Source: Eledone cirrhosa (Eukaryota). From it: a stretch of 64,000 nucleotides of DNA. The translations under genes were made by a program, and so were the position numbers. The notes beneath the pieces were generated by a model that ran no database searches, was not told the origin of the DNA, and saw only the letters and a list, made by a program, of their open reading frames with translations. Positions 38,986 through 51,504 of this stretch are shown here, piece after piece. Within the stretch, counting starts at the first letter, position 1; every line of letters begins with the position of its first letter. The DNA is taken from contig OZ024742.1 in the NCBI GenBank assembly GCA_964016885.1, positions 270,444,001 through 270,508,000 on the forward strand, in the 5' to 3' direction.

Positions 38986-40951
38986 GCTCTTGTCTCAGGT
39001 ACTTGTCACGCATAATTTTGTTCTATGAATATTATCGATTTTCACTTGTTTGCATAACGTTTCTTGTTAAAAGTGTTTGTTATAAAATATGAATAGGGCG
39101 CCATATATTGTCCTCAGAAAAGACAAACAGATTATAGTATTATAAGCCTGGATATACACGTTAAGTTGGTGGTCATGGACGTATGCAATAAAGAAGGTGG
39201 TTCATTTACACTGGTGATCGTTTTCGTCCTGACACGGGCTGGACGGCCGGATTTTTTCAACGTATTTTTGACAAGGCTCATAATATGTATTTATTATCAA
39301 AACGTTTGACCAATTCTAATATGACGTACACAGGTCACATGAACTGTACTTCACATATCAAAACATTATATACGTATCTAAGTTCAATAGTAGACTTAAT
39401 CCGTTGTCACTTTCAACACCAGGTGCATTTTAATGGAGTCCACGCGTGTGAAACAATACGTAAAAATGTTCCAAGATTCCGAAGTACATCTTCCCTTCTT
39501 AGCATTTATCTCGGGAGCTCTGGAAATAGATAAGAGATCCGGTCATATTTTCACGATTATATAAAATAATAGCTCTTACTGAATTGGGAATATAAATATA
39601 TTCCCAATTCAAGGAAGATATATTACAGATATAGTCTTAGGAACAGTGTGGGGTAAATTATATTTGGTAAATCGTGATTAATAGGAAGAGAGTAAAGAGA
39701 GAAATCTGTAGCTCTGATGTAAATGTTTTGCAGAAAGAGTGGGTCAAGCCAAATTACATAATCATGGTAACAATGATACGAATAACAGTAATTATACAAT
39801 TTGAGTTGTGTATTCATATGAACAATTTGTTTATATGACATTTTTGTTGTCATCCAAGAAACTATATTTGTATGATAAGGACACATGGTAAGAATGATAT
39901 TAACAATATCATTCGTATAAAATATTGATAACATTGTAAGTCTTCAGCACATGATCAGAACATGTGTTGTTCTAGTTTTGAACATATAACAATTATTTAA
40001 TTCTGTTTTTCATCTAGTTGCAAATATTTTGTTCGTACGGTTGAATGAGGATATATTAATTGCTCAATATCAGTTATAAGCTCTCATTTTGTTGGAAATT
40101 GTAACTAATCTCTTGGGCATGGCTAGTCAGATGGAATATGCCTGTAGATTCTAGCCTACACGACAAAGATAAAGAATTAAAAGGGAAATCTATTTAAGTG
40201 TTTTCGATTTTTTTCCCAAAACATAAAGATGATTCTCCGGCAAAAGCAATTAAATTCATGTACATAATTACTTTTCTGGACCTGCATAAATGAAGCAAAT
40301 TGGAAGAATATTCTGTGTCTTTAAACTGTAAAGTTTAGAAACGTAGGGTTCACTTCATTAATACTGCTTCTAATTCAATTTTCAAAATCCACGCACCGTC
40401 TTCTAAACTCACAGGCATTGTAATATGTATTTAATACGTTCACATTATTCTAAAATTTATTGGGAATGTAATTATAATGAAATAGTGAATTCGGAGATGA
40501 TCAGGATCAGTACATTACCTTATAGATATATTCAAAATAGGACGTAATTCCGAAACTGGTCATGTCAAGAGGTATCAGAATTATGTTGTGCGACCAGGAA
40601 TATCAATAGTAAGAAATATAAATGGTATTTGTTTACTTGGTGTTGTGATATAAGGAGAATGGAAATAGCATGTTAAATAATATATATATATAAAAGACAA
40701 TTTCGCTCTACACGGCTGAATACAATAAATGTCATCTGAGCTTTTCGAATATTAATAATAACATTCGATTCGTTTGCAATTATGCAAACAAGCCGCAATT
40801 GTATAGCATGCAGTTCTGTTCGGATGCCAACACAAGAGCAAGAATGAAGTGTCAATTCTACTGACATGGCTATAACATTGAGGCTTGTTTACATAATTGC
40901 AAACGAATCGAATGTTATTATTAATATTCGAAAAACTTAGATTACATTTAT

Positions 40952-40998
<47 letters not shown>

Positions 40999-41285
40999 AT
41001 GAAACAGTGCCTATTTAAATTAGCCTTTAACTTTAAAGACTCTCGTTTTGATAATTTACTAGATTTTCGTGACTTGTTGGAGGAATTATTATTTGTTGTA
41101 ACAATTCTTTCCAAAATTGGTAAAAGGCTATTAATTTGTAATTTGAAGAAATTGGATTATATTGATCCCCGTAAGTAACTGTTAATTTAATGTATCGACT
41201 CTGTAATTTCGCAACTAAATACCGCAAAACATATCGTCCGATTGTGTACCGATACTACGAATCCACTATCCTTTATATTATGCAA

Positions 41286-41468
41286 TAATTGTTTCTACTT
41301 TAGGCACAAGGCCAGAAATTACCCAGTGCATTACTGGTACTTTATTTTATCGACCCCGTAAGGATGAAAGGCAAAGTCAACCTCGGCGGGATTTGAACTC
41401 AGATCGTAAAGGGACGTAACTATGCTGGAAAGCATGGTGTCTGACCCTCCACCGATACTGCCAATCCT
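41286..41468 (-). mobile_element. Full-length tRNA-derived SINE
   Basis: Reverse complement of 57723-57903 with A and B boxes and core. Confidence 0.9.
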
Positions 41469-42576
41469 GGATGGCATTACTACTTGGGAACAGAATGTTT
41501 AGTGAATGATTCTATCTTGTTGAATCGTGCCGAATACAATTCTAATAATCATTTCATTCAAACGATAAGCTGGAAAGACGAAATAAGATGTAATATCATA
41601 TGGGCATACTAATAAACGTTTTCATATATCGTTATTCTTTATTAGTAACACTTTAACAAAACACCGTTGAGAATACAGCGGTAAAATGGATGATTTGTTT
41701 GATATTCGGTATCTTCTATTTGTATTCATTTAATATATTTTATTTTATTTCTATTTTGTTCATGATTACGGCTGTTTGAGCTGCCATTCTGTGGTAATTT
41801 CTAGTTCTTGGCACCAGGCCATTTGTACCGAACTTCTATAAAATGATATCCATTCTTGTTGTGAAGATGGCCGAGATAAGATATCTAATAATTATTTTCA
41901 TATCATAGGGTGCAATAATAGGGATATTTTGCTGCTATTCCGAATAATGTCAAATGCTTGCTCGAGATAATATTTACTGGCATTCTATGTATTTTTATAT
42001 GAAGAAAATTGTTACGGTAGTACATTTGTTTCTTTCAAAAAACGGAAGAAAATGATACGCGTTTTTCCCCCTACATAAATGATCTTTTTATGGCATTGGT
42101 TTCTGCTTATCTTCTAGATCAAGATCGACGTAATTGTACATATTACAATTAATACGTCACGCAAGTGTTATTTGGATACATACAGCGAAACTTAAACTAT
42201 TATTGGATTAAAAGGTGAGGATTCTTTGGTTCTTCCATCTGGTCAATGATGCACAAAAAAGAAACACGGGTTCTACATGTTCATTTTATATAGACAAATA
42301 CATATTAACAAGCTTCTCCTAGAGATATTTGTAAGAAATATAGACACATTGTTTCAGTGCAATTCTAATATATTTTAACCGAGTTTAAAAAAAGACTTGT
42401 TGTCTTTTATTCCTGACCTTGAGGCACTATAAAATATGCTCTTGTAAAAAGGAGACAATCAGTCAATTTTATTGAAACACAATCAGAACCTATAATTTGC
42501 TAACTATTTTATATATAAATATATAATATACATAGCAAGAAAGAGGGATAGAGAGAGAGAGAAAGAGAGAGAGAGG

Positions 42577-42657
<81 letters not shown>

Positions 42658-43071
42658 AGTTAGTTCCACAACATAATAGTAAACCATATTCGGGAGGTAT
42701 GAAACTAAAGCTACACTGCACTCGTCGTTTGGAGTGAGTGCTGTACCAGCTCGCATATAAACCCTCGGTTTGTACCACTATATATATATATTATATATAT
42801 ATGTGTGTGTGTGTGCGTGTATGTGTGTGTGTGTGTGTTGTGTATGTGTGTATGTGTGTGGCATATATAATAGACAATATCTATATTTTTATCGTGTTTA
42901 TTGTAAGAAAAAAAATTCCCTTCTCTTTAAACTCTGTCTAGGAATTTTAATATAGAGAAGAGGAGAATTATGGAAACAATGTGTGTGCTTGTGTGTATTT
43001 ATACATATTTGAACGAGTGTGGGTGTGGGCGGGAGTCTATATATATATATGTGTATGTGTGTGTGTGTGTG

Positions 43072-43113
<42 letters not shown>

Positions 43114-43115
43114 TA

Positions 43116-43172
<57 letters not shown>

Positions 43173-44149
43173 TTGTGTGTGTGTGTTTTATAACGCACTT
43201 TCCATTCTAGATCAAAATATTGTGACATTAAACACTGTAATTGAATATTTCACGATTTTATAATTATCAAAGTACTTTACTCTTCCCCTGCATATATATT
43301 GATTTGTCTTACGTTATCAAATTATTCAATAACAATTGCAACAAATAGTAAAGTCTAAATGAAAATCTATGTATACACATGAATATTTATATGTGGAGAC
43401 GTGGTTCTATATTCTCCTGTCTATGTATATGTACTTAACATGCGTTGCCAAACTTACGCGTACATATATTTACACATATATATTCATAAATGTTTAAACA
43501 CCTACTTACATTTATGGTTATAATATTTTTTTTAAATATATGCTTATATGTGTACATAAATATAGTATATTGCTTTTCAGCTAGGAAATTTCAGTAACTA
43601 TTTTGCAGTGTTAAAAACCAACCTACATTAAATATTAAACCATATCATTATTCGGTAAAGTGGAATAAAATAAACTATGATATTTCAAAATAGATAAATC
43701 CAGCCTGTAGAAAATGGAAATAATATACACGCAGGCTAAGAAATACGGATACCAACAACACAAGCATACATGCACACATTTATGAATCGATTAGAAATGC
43801 ATACATTATTTTTGTCCACACACGTATAGATAAAAACACACACACACACACATATATATATGTATATGTATACAGCTCAGCTGTCGGGGTCTTACTGGTT
43901 CCTATTACCCACTCTACTACCTCAAGTATTGAGTACTTTGGTGCGTTATGGTCCACCTGGTTCCTTACCACATTTCCTTCGTTATGTATACGTATATATA
44001 TATGCATTCATTTTACACAGAACTATTTCTTTCTTAGCTCCCTGTACATTTTCTCATGCCAATTTGTATATTATGAATTTATAACGTAATTTTGATTATT
44101 TCAGACTAATTTAAGCATTACGTAGTAGTTGCAAATTGGCAGAATAATG

Positions 44150-46440
44150 GCGGAAACCAGTGGGCCTAGTTGTAGCTACTCGCCCCGTTGTGATGATCCA
44201 GAAATATGGCTCCTGGGGCAATATGTTACATCCTTTTCACCAAACAAAATACCAACAAGGGGATTGTTCTAAGATATTTTTCTACCTGAAAGATGGTCCT
44301 ATGAAACAAGAAAAGCACGTGAGCTTGAATGGTGCTATTGCGGATAGGCTTGTGATGGAAGTAGTTAGTTAGTGGGAAAAAGCTGGTGTGGCGACTCAAC
44401 GAAAAGACAAAGTGAAACTGAAAATTATGAACATGTACAGTGAATACAGAAATTTAGAAAAAAAACAAAGGTTCTAAATGAAACAAAGAAAATGAAGCAC
44501 TATTTATTTCTGAATTGGATTCGTATTTCCTCATTGCACATACTGATGCTGAAAAGAACATATGGAAGACCGTCTTCGTAATAATGAACAGAAAATGGAA
44601 GATGCTACATTTCTTGAAGTCCTTCGTTGCCAGAAAAAACGTATCTCTGGGTGCTGAAGACAAGGGTTACCAGAAAAAGTTATCTTCAAAGTTTAAGCGT
44701 GATCAGGTTTCTGCGGCTCGTCGAGAGTCACAGAACAATGGAAAGCGTTTGTCAGGATCTGTAGCAGCACAAATTCCACGTAATGAACTGGGTGATTCAT
44801 GGTCCACCAATGATGAAACTGAAGATGAACAGGATCCTGAATTTCAGGCATCAAACCCACCCAGAAACCGCTCAAAGTCAGACAAGAAACGAAAAATCCA
44901 GATGGAACTCCCAAAGAATCCATTTCAATGTCCAAAAATGTCTCTAATGGCTGATCGTTTAAACCTGACACTGGGCCATAGACAGCATTTATGGCATCGA
45001 TTATTTCTGAGGGTGGGACTGACATAGACGTCACAACTCTCTCCAAGAATAGTAGCAGACTTGCAGCTAAGAAGATCAGAACTGTGGGGGCTGAACATAT
45101 AAAGGAACAATTTGCTGTACTATACTTTGTTACCTAGCATTGGAATGGCAAAATAATTCCTGGTGACCACGAGAGGCTAGGTGTGCTAATTGCTGGAACT
45201 CCGGACTTCAGAGAAGGTAAACTCCTCGGTGTTCCCATAATTCCTGATGGCACTGGAACAACCCAAGCCAAAGCATTATTTGATCTTGTTAAAGATTGGA
45301 ATGTTGATGAGTATGTGGTGGGCTTGTTCTTCGACACAACTGCTTCGAAATCTGGATGGGAAAACGGTGCCTGTGTGAAACTAGAAGAGATGCTCAACAA
45401 AGAGGTGTTTTAATGAGCGTATCTTGTGTGCAGTGTAGCAACAACTATTCGGAGCAATGTCCAGTCCAGACACCCCAGATTTCAAAGAGTTCAAAAACGA
45501 TTGGGTGTCACTCACAGACAAAACCAACTTTAAAAGATTGAACATTGTCGACCGGAGGCTCAACCGTCTGTGTTCTGAGGACATCAATTTCCTCCAATAT
45601 TTGCTGACCTCCGACGATGGGAAAATGAGTTCTTTTCGGGACGACTACCGAGAATGTGCCGAGTTGATGTTGATCTTGTTTGGTGTCACCCCTCCTCGTG
45701 GAATACATTGGATGCTGCCTGGTGCACATCATAAGGCTCGGTGGATGTCGATAATCATCTATAGTGCAAATATGTATGCATTTGGTGAGCGATTCAATTA
45801 CGATCAAGCTAAAATTGAAAAGTTGCGCCAGATCTGTATGTTGAATGCTCTGTTCTACGTACGATACTGGCTGACAACAGTCAAGTGTGCTGATGCAACA
45901 TCCAATGACCTTCAATTCTACGTGGGGTTGACACAGTACAGTAAGGTTGACAGAGATCTCTTACAGGCAGCCACTACTGCTCGGAGCAGGCATCTTCTGT
46001 ACCTGACGGAGGAAGCCATTCCGCTAGCGCTGTTTTCAAGTCGGGTCCAAGAGTCCGAGAAGAAACAAATAGCCTAATGTCTGGGCCTCTCGACCGTGAT
46101 GCTCCAGTATTTCCCGAGTTGAAGTCGTCCACGAATCTGACTCATCCAGTTGTGAAGAAATCAAGGCTTCTGTTCGATCTCCTTGGTCTCGACGATACTT
46201 GGCTTGATCCGTCACCTGCAACTTGATCATCACAAGCGTCATATCAAATTGCCTGTGCTGTTGTTCACAATATCAAGGTAGTCAACGATCCGGCGGAGAG
46301 AGCAGTCATGTTGATAATTGATTTGGTTGCCATCACCAAGAATGAGGAGGAGAAGCAGTGTGTTCTTCAAGTAGTCGAAGCTCATTGTCGCAAGGTCCTG
46401 GATTTCAAGAAAAAAAAAAAAACTCTGAAAAATATGAATG
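44150..46440 (+). pseudogene. Degraded DDE transposase, hAT-like (probably hATm type)
   Basis: HWNGK..ERLGVLI..LLGVP..GTG..FDTTASKSG..GAC, RDDYRE..PGAHHKARWM and VVNDPAERAV; several frameshifts and stops; terminal inverted repeats not found. Confidence 0.7.
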
Positions 46441-46763
46441 GAGTTAACTTAACTGAACTTGTTTCTTCCTTGTACGCTTTTATATTCAAAGCTGGTTTAT
46501 TAAATATCATGGATTAATAAAATAAACAATTATTCTATGGTCATATTTGGTTTCACATTTTCATGATTTCATGCAACACAATCACACTTTCAACTATAAT
46601 CATCATGATATAGGCAGGGCTCACAACAATTTATGTTATACAAATGTTGTTTTAATTTATCACTTGGGGCATTTACAATAGGAAAATAGAAAGGGAGCGT
46701 TAGTATTGTGAGTCTGCTTTTTATAGCACACTTTAATACTTATATATGTAAGTATATATATCT

Positions 46764-46915
46764 AGGGCGGGTTAAATTCCCGAGATCCATGGACGAGTCC
46801 TCTCCAGCGGTCTCTGTCCCTCATGATCACTGCCATGTCCTGCGTCTCCAACACACCAGTTTCTGTCCTTAGGGCATCAACATATTTTAACCATAGTCTT
46901 CCTGTTCCAGTGTGT
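46764..46915 (-). mobile_element. RTE/RTE-X 3' end, second copy
   Basis: Reverse complement of about 24310-24460 (TCCCGAGATCCATGGACGAG..TCTCCAGCGGTCTCTGTCCCTCAT). Confidence 0.8.
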
Positions 46916-47114
46916 CGATGTTAAGTCGAAACAGATATACAGATAGCACCGGGGTTAAGTGGTATTTTGTCTTTAAAGCGTAGACATATCCTAGACCACA
47001 GTAGACAATTGATGAGGAAGACTCTCCGCCCCCGCCCTCTTGTTCTTGCTTTCTTCGTATTCCCACTGCATTTTAAGTTACCTTAAATAACAACTACACA
47101 ACCATTTCTATTCT

Positions 47115-47168
<54 letters not shown>

Positions 47169-47639
47169 AAGTATGACCCCGACGGCAGAGCTCAAGCCGT
47201 CGAAACGGCTTCAGGTCTGCCGTCGGGGACATACTTTTTCCTATTACCCACTCTAATACACTAAGTATTGAGGACACTGGTGCGTTATGGTCCATCTAGT
47301 TCCTTACCACAACTCCTTCGTTATATATATATATATATATACTTAAATATATACGTATACATATATGTGTGAGTGTTTATACCTCTGTGCGTGTGTGGAC
47401 ACAAATAGTGAATGCATTTCTAATCGAGTCATAAATGCGTGCGCGTATGATTTTGTTATTGGTATATATATATAATTGAATATATGTGAGGGATGAATAC
47501 CGATAGAAGTATACGTGAGTTCGAATTGTAAATGACCAAGTTAGCTAGGTTGAAAAAAAACTAATTGTAGAAGACTATTTTGAGTTTCTTATATATATAT
47601 ATATAGCAATCGACTTTCGTCAAATCGGACCGAGTAAAC

Positions 47640-47800
47640 AATGTTTTCGTCGGTCTTTCCAGCTGGTAGTACAATATTTCGGTCGCAACTGCAGGTAGAA
47701 GGAGCAACGTAAAATAAAGTATCTTGCTCTAGGACATAACGCATCGCCCGGTACGGGAACCCCAAGATTGTGAATCCAATTATCTAACCACTTAGCCACA
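47640..47800 (-). mobile_element. Second tRNA-derived SINE family fragment
   Basis: Minus strand GTGGCTAAGTGGTTAG (A box)...GCGTTATGTCCTAGAGCAAGATACTTTATTTTACGTTGCTCC. Confidence 0.55.
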
Positions 47801-48020
47801 ATATATATATATATATGTTTGTGTCTATATTGTATCCGTATTTTTGACCGCTGGTCAGTCAATGATAACATTGAGGACTGAATAAATTAAATTAACCGAT
47901 ATAAAGAACACAGAAGCGAAAACCAACCAAACAGCGAGTGTGTTCTGTTATTAATTCTGGCAATATTATTACACAAATATGGCCCTCCCCAAGTATATAT
48001 GTATATATATATATTTACAT

Positions 48021-48119
<99 letters not shown>

Positions 48120-48225
48120 CACATATGTATATATGTAAATATACATTAACTTATTCCTAACAACCTCACATGTCCCAGGGCATCAACATCATAAACACAG
48201 AGCTGCCATATCGAGGAACTGACTA

Positions 48226-48271
48226 ACTGACTGATGAGGTCAATGGCTATCATCGAAATATATATAGCAGT
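48226..48271 (+). ncRNA. Minimal hammerhead ribozyme-like motif
   Basis: ACTGA-CTGATGA-GGT...ATC-GAAA-TATATA-TA-GCAGT; palindromic stem III. Confidence 0.5.
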
Positions 48272-48419
48272 AAATAAAGGATTATGAGTTCATGCAATTG
48301 ACATATGTTTCATCACTATATATATATATAAATATATATATATAGATATATAAGTAGAAGGGGCATTTAATTTGTTGGAAGCCCAACAAATATTAATGTT
48401 TACTGGTGTAAATATACAA

Positions 48420-48617
48420 TGATATTAAATAAATGGAAACTATATTTATAAAACCATATTTATTTTATTATATATATTTGAAGGTTACCAAGACACATTG
48501 ATAAGCTTTCATCAGATAATACAAGTTTGTTTTATAAATAGAGACATACACTTGAAATATATATAATAATTTAAATATGGTTTTATAAATATAGTTTCCA
48601 TTTATTTAATATCATTG

Positions 48618-48620
<3 letters not shown>
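48420..48620. repeat. Second copy of the 29.8-30.2 kb HHR family, partly inverted
   Basis: Minus strand ATTTATAAAAC...CTGATGA-AAGCTTATCAA..TTGGTAACCTT-CAAA-TATATA-TA...GTTTTATAAAT; an inverted partial copy starts at 48551. Confidence 0.65.
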
Positions 48621-48674
<54 letters not shown>

Positions 48675-49025
48675 TTTTTGAATTAGTTTTGCGAGATTTC
48701 GTAAGTGTTTTGAAATGGATATTATTATAATTTAGGAGGATAATGTTGTCAATAAAAACACACGCACATTTTTGCTTTCACTTCAATTTATTGTAAGTTC
48801 CCGGCTGGTTGGTTGGTTCAATAACCGGAAGGTTGTTTATATATGGTGAAATCACTTTTGTCACAGAGGTCTGTGACCTCCTCAGTGACAAGGTTTTTAT
48901 TTTGTGTCTCTCCGTTGTTCAATCCTACACCATCTTGACTTTGTGTGTTATGTGTTGTGTGTTTAGATTACGCATGTTTTACATCTGCGCGCACACGCCC
49001 GAGCGTGTGTGTCTTTGTGTTTGTT
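48675..49025 (-). repeat. Solo Penelope pLTR homologous to 37440-37830, with HHR-like motif at 48844-48891
   Basis: Minus strand TTGTCA-CTGAGGA-G-GTCACAG..CTGTGAC-AAAA; flanked by (TA)n. Confidence 0.65.
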
Positions 49026-49091
49026 TATATATATATGTATATGTATATATATATATACATATATATATATATACATACATACATATATATT

Positions 49092-49141
<50 letters not shown>

Positions 49142-49299
49142 TACGTTTAAATTTGGTGATTCACCACTGGTAGAATTGGTCATTCTGCACAGGAAATTAT
49201 GATGTAATAATGGGAAAGCACTAGACGTTACGCAACTCACTCATCTTTAATGTTGAATCCTGCTGGTGGTGCAGGAACAGGGTTAATTATATTATAGAT

Positions 49300-49770
49300 T
49301 TGACAGGATTTGAGCTCAGACTGTAAAGGGACGTAACTATGCTATAATGCATGGCCTCCGACCCTCTACCGATACTGCCAACTCACCAATGATTTATAAA
49401 CATGATTAACATTAGAAAAACCTTAAAAACAACGCACCAAATAATGGTTTATTATAATAATCGTTTCTGCTTTTGGCACAAGGCCAGCAATTATTCACTG
49501 CATTACTGGTACTTTATTTTATCGACCCCGTAAGGATGAAAGGCAAAGTTAACCACGGCGTGATTTGAACTCAGAATGGCAAGAGCCGTATCTCTATGCG
49601 TCAAAGCAAGTATCTCTATGCGTCAAACCCTCTACCGATACTGCCAATCCAGCGCCCTATACAACACAACAAATAATTGTTTCTACTTTAGGCACAAGGC
49701 CAGCAATTATCCAGTGCATTACTGGTACTTTATTTTATCGACCCCGTAAGGATGAAAGGCAAAGTCAACA
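49300..49770 (-). mobile_element. Cluster of three SINE copies or fragments
   Basis: SINE pieces at about 49300-49385, 49462-49650 (internal duplication of GTATCTCTATGCGTCAAA) and 49675-49770. Confidence 0.8.
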
Positions 49771-49929
49771 ACACAACAAATAATGATAGATAAATATCAC
49801 ATGAATTGCCCGAAAAGTAATATTATTTTTTATCGTTTCCAACGTGATGGTGTCATGATAAAAACACCGGTGCTGATGCAACCCTAAATTCCCTAATCCT
49901 CGATATGAGTGTTTAAATGTCAAATCTAA

Positions 49930-50460
49930 ACAGTTCTTATAACGGTGAAAAGGAGACTGGAACGTCATGTGAAAGTCTGCGGCCCAGCAAGTGCTTCCTG
50001 TCTCATCAGCAGGGACCTGGCTGTCATCCAAAAACTGCTGGTTATGGCGGAAGAAGAGGATGTTGGACAAGAACCAACTGGATGGAAGAATTGAATAGAA
50101 CTGTCATGAAATGTTAGCTGAAGAGTAACCCATTGGAAACGGCTATAGGAAACGGATGCATAACATCTGGCACGAGATTGGTCTATTTCAATTATTGAAC
50201 ACAAATTGGCCGGGCAGGCTCGGTTAATAAGAACTAATGGATGGATAAGCGAGTGGAGGAACTGAGCAGAGAGATTGAGTTGGAAATGGAGTGTAGAGTA
50301 TTTCAGGCAAATGAGCCAGTGGGAAATGAGGGTGGAGACATTGAGAGACCTGAGGAAGCAACCGAAGCAGACAATGATTTGAATGCTTAAATAAATAACA
50401 TCTGAAACCAAGATACGGCCATTGAGGAAGCTTGATGGACAGGGTCGTTGTTTCTTTGAA
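49930..50460 (-). mobile_element. Degraded CR1/Jockey-type LINE 3' fragment
   Basis: Higher-GC block with weak similarity to the HRRxVxxLxLFYRY C-terminal region of these LINEs. Confidence 0.35.
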
Positions 50461-50842
50461 TATGAGTGTGAGGATTAATCTGATAGTATATAGTAGTAAA
50501 GCAAAATACCTCTACATAAGGTTGCGTTCATTCCTATATTGAAGATTGTGTCTATGGGTATTATTTTGCTTTCCCTGTGCTGAGGCTAAATCATGTTGAT
50601 GTTACTCATTTTACATATAAGCTCTACGTTATCCAACATTGACGTTGTATTTAACGGCGAATTTTTTTTAACGTGGATACAAGTAATGACCTATTGAAGT
50701 AATGTAGATCGGTCACGCAGAGAAAGAGTTCCCCTTCAAAATGTGTGAACTGACGATCTCTCGGGTACTTACACATTTGACTCCAATCATAACCATCAGT
50801 GTGTGTGATTATGGGTGTGACTTTTACGTCGTGACTCGATCT

Positions 50843-50887
<45 letters not shown>

Positions 50888-50932
50888 GAGAGGTATAGAG
50901 ATTGTTTTAGCAAGAAGCTAACGGCATTCTAT

Positions 50933-51501
<569 letters not shown>

Positions 51502-51504
<3 letters not shown>

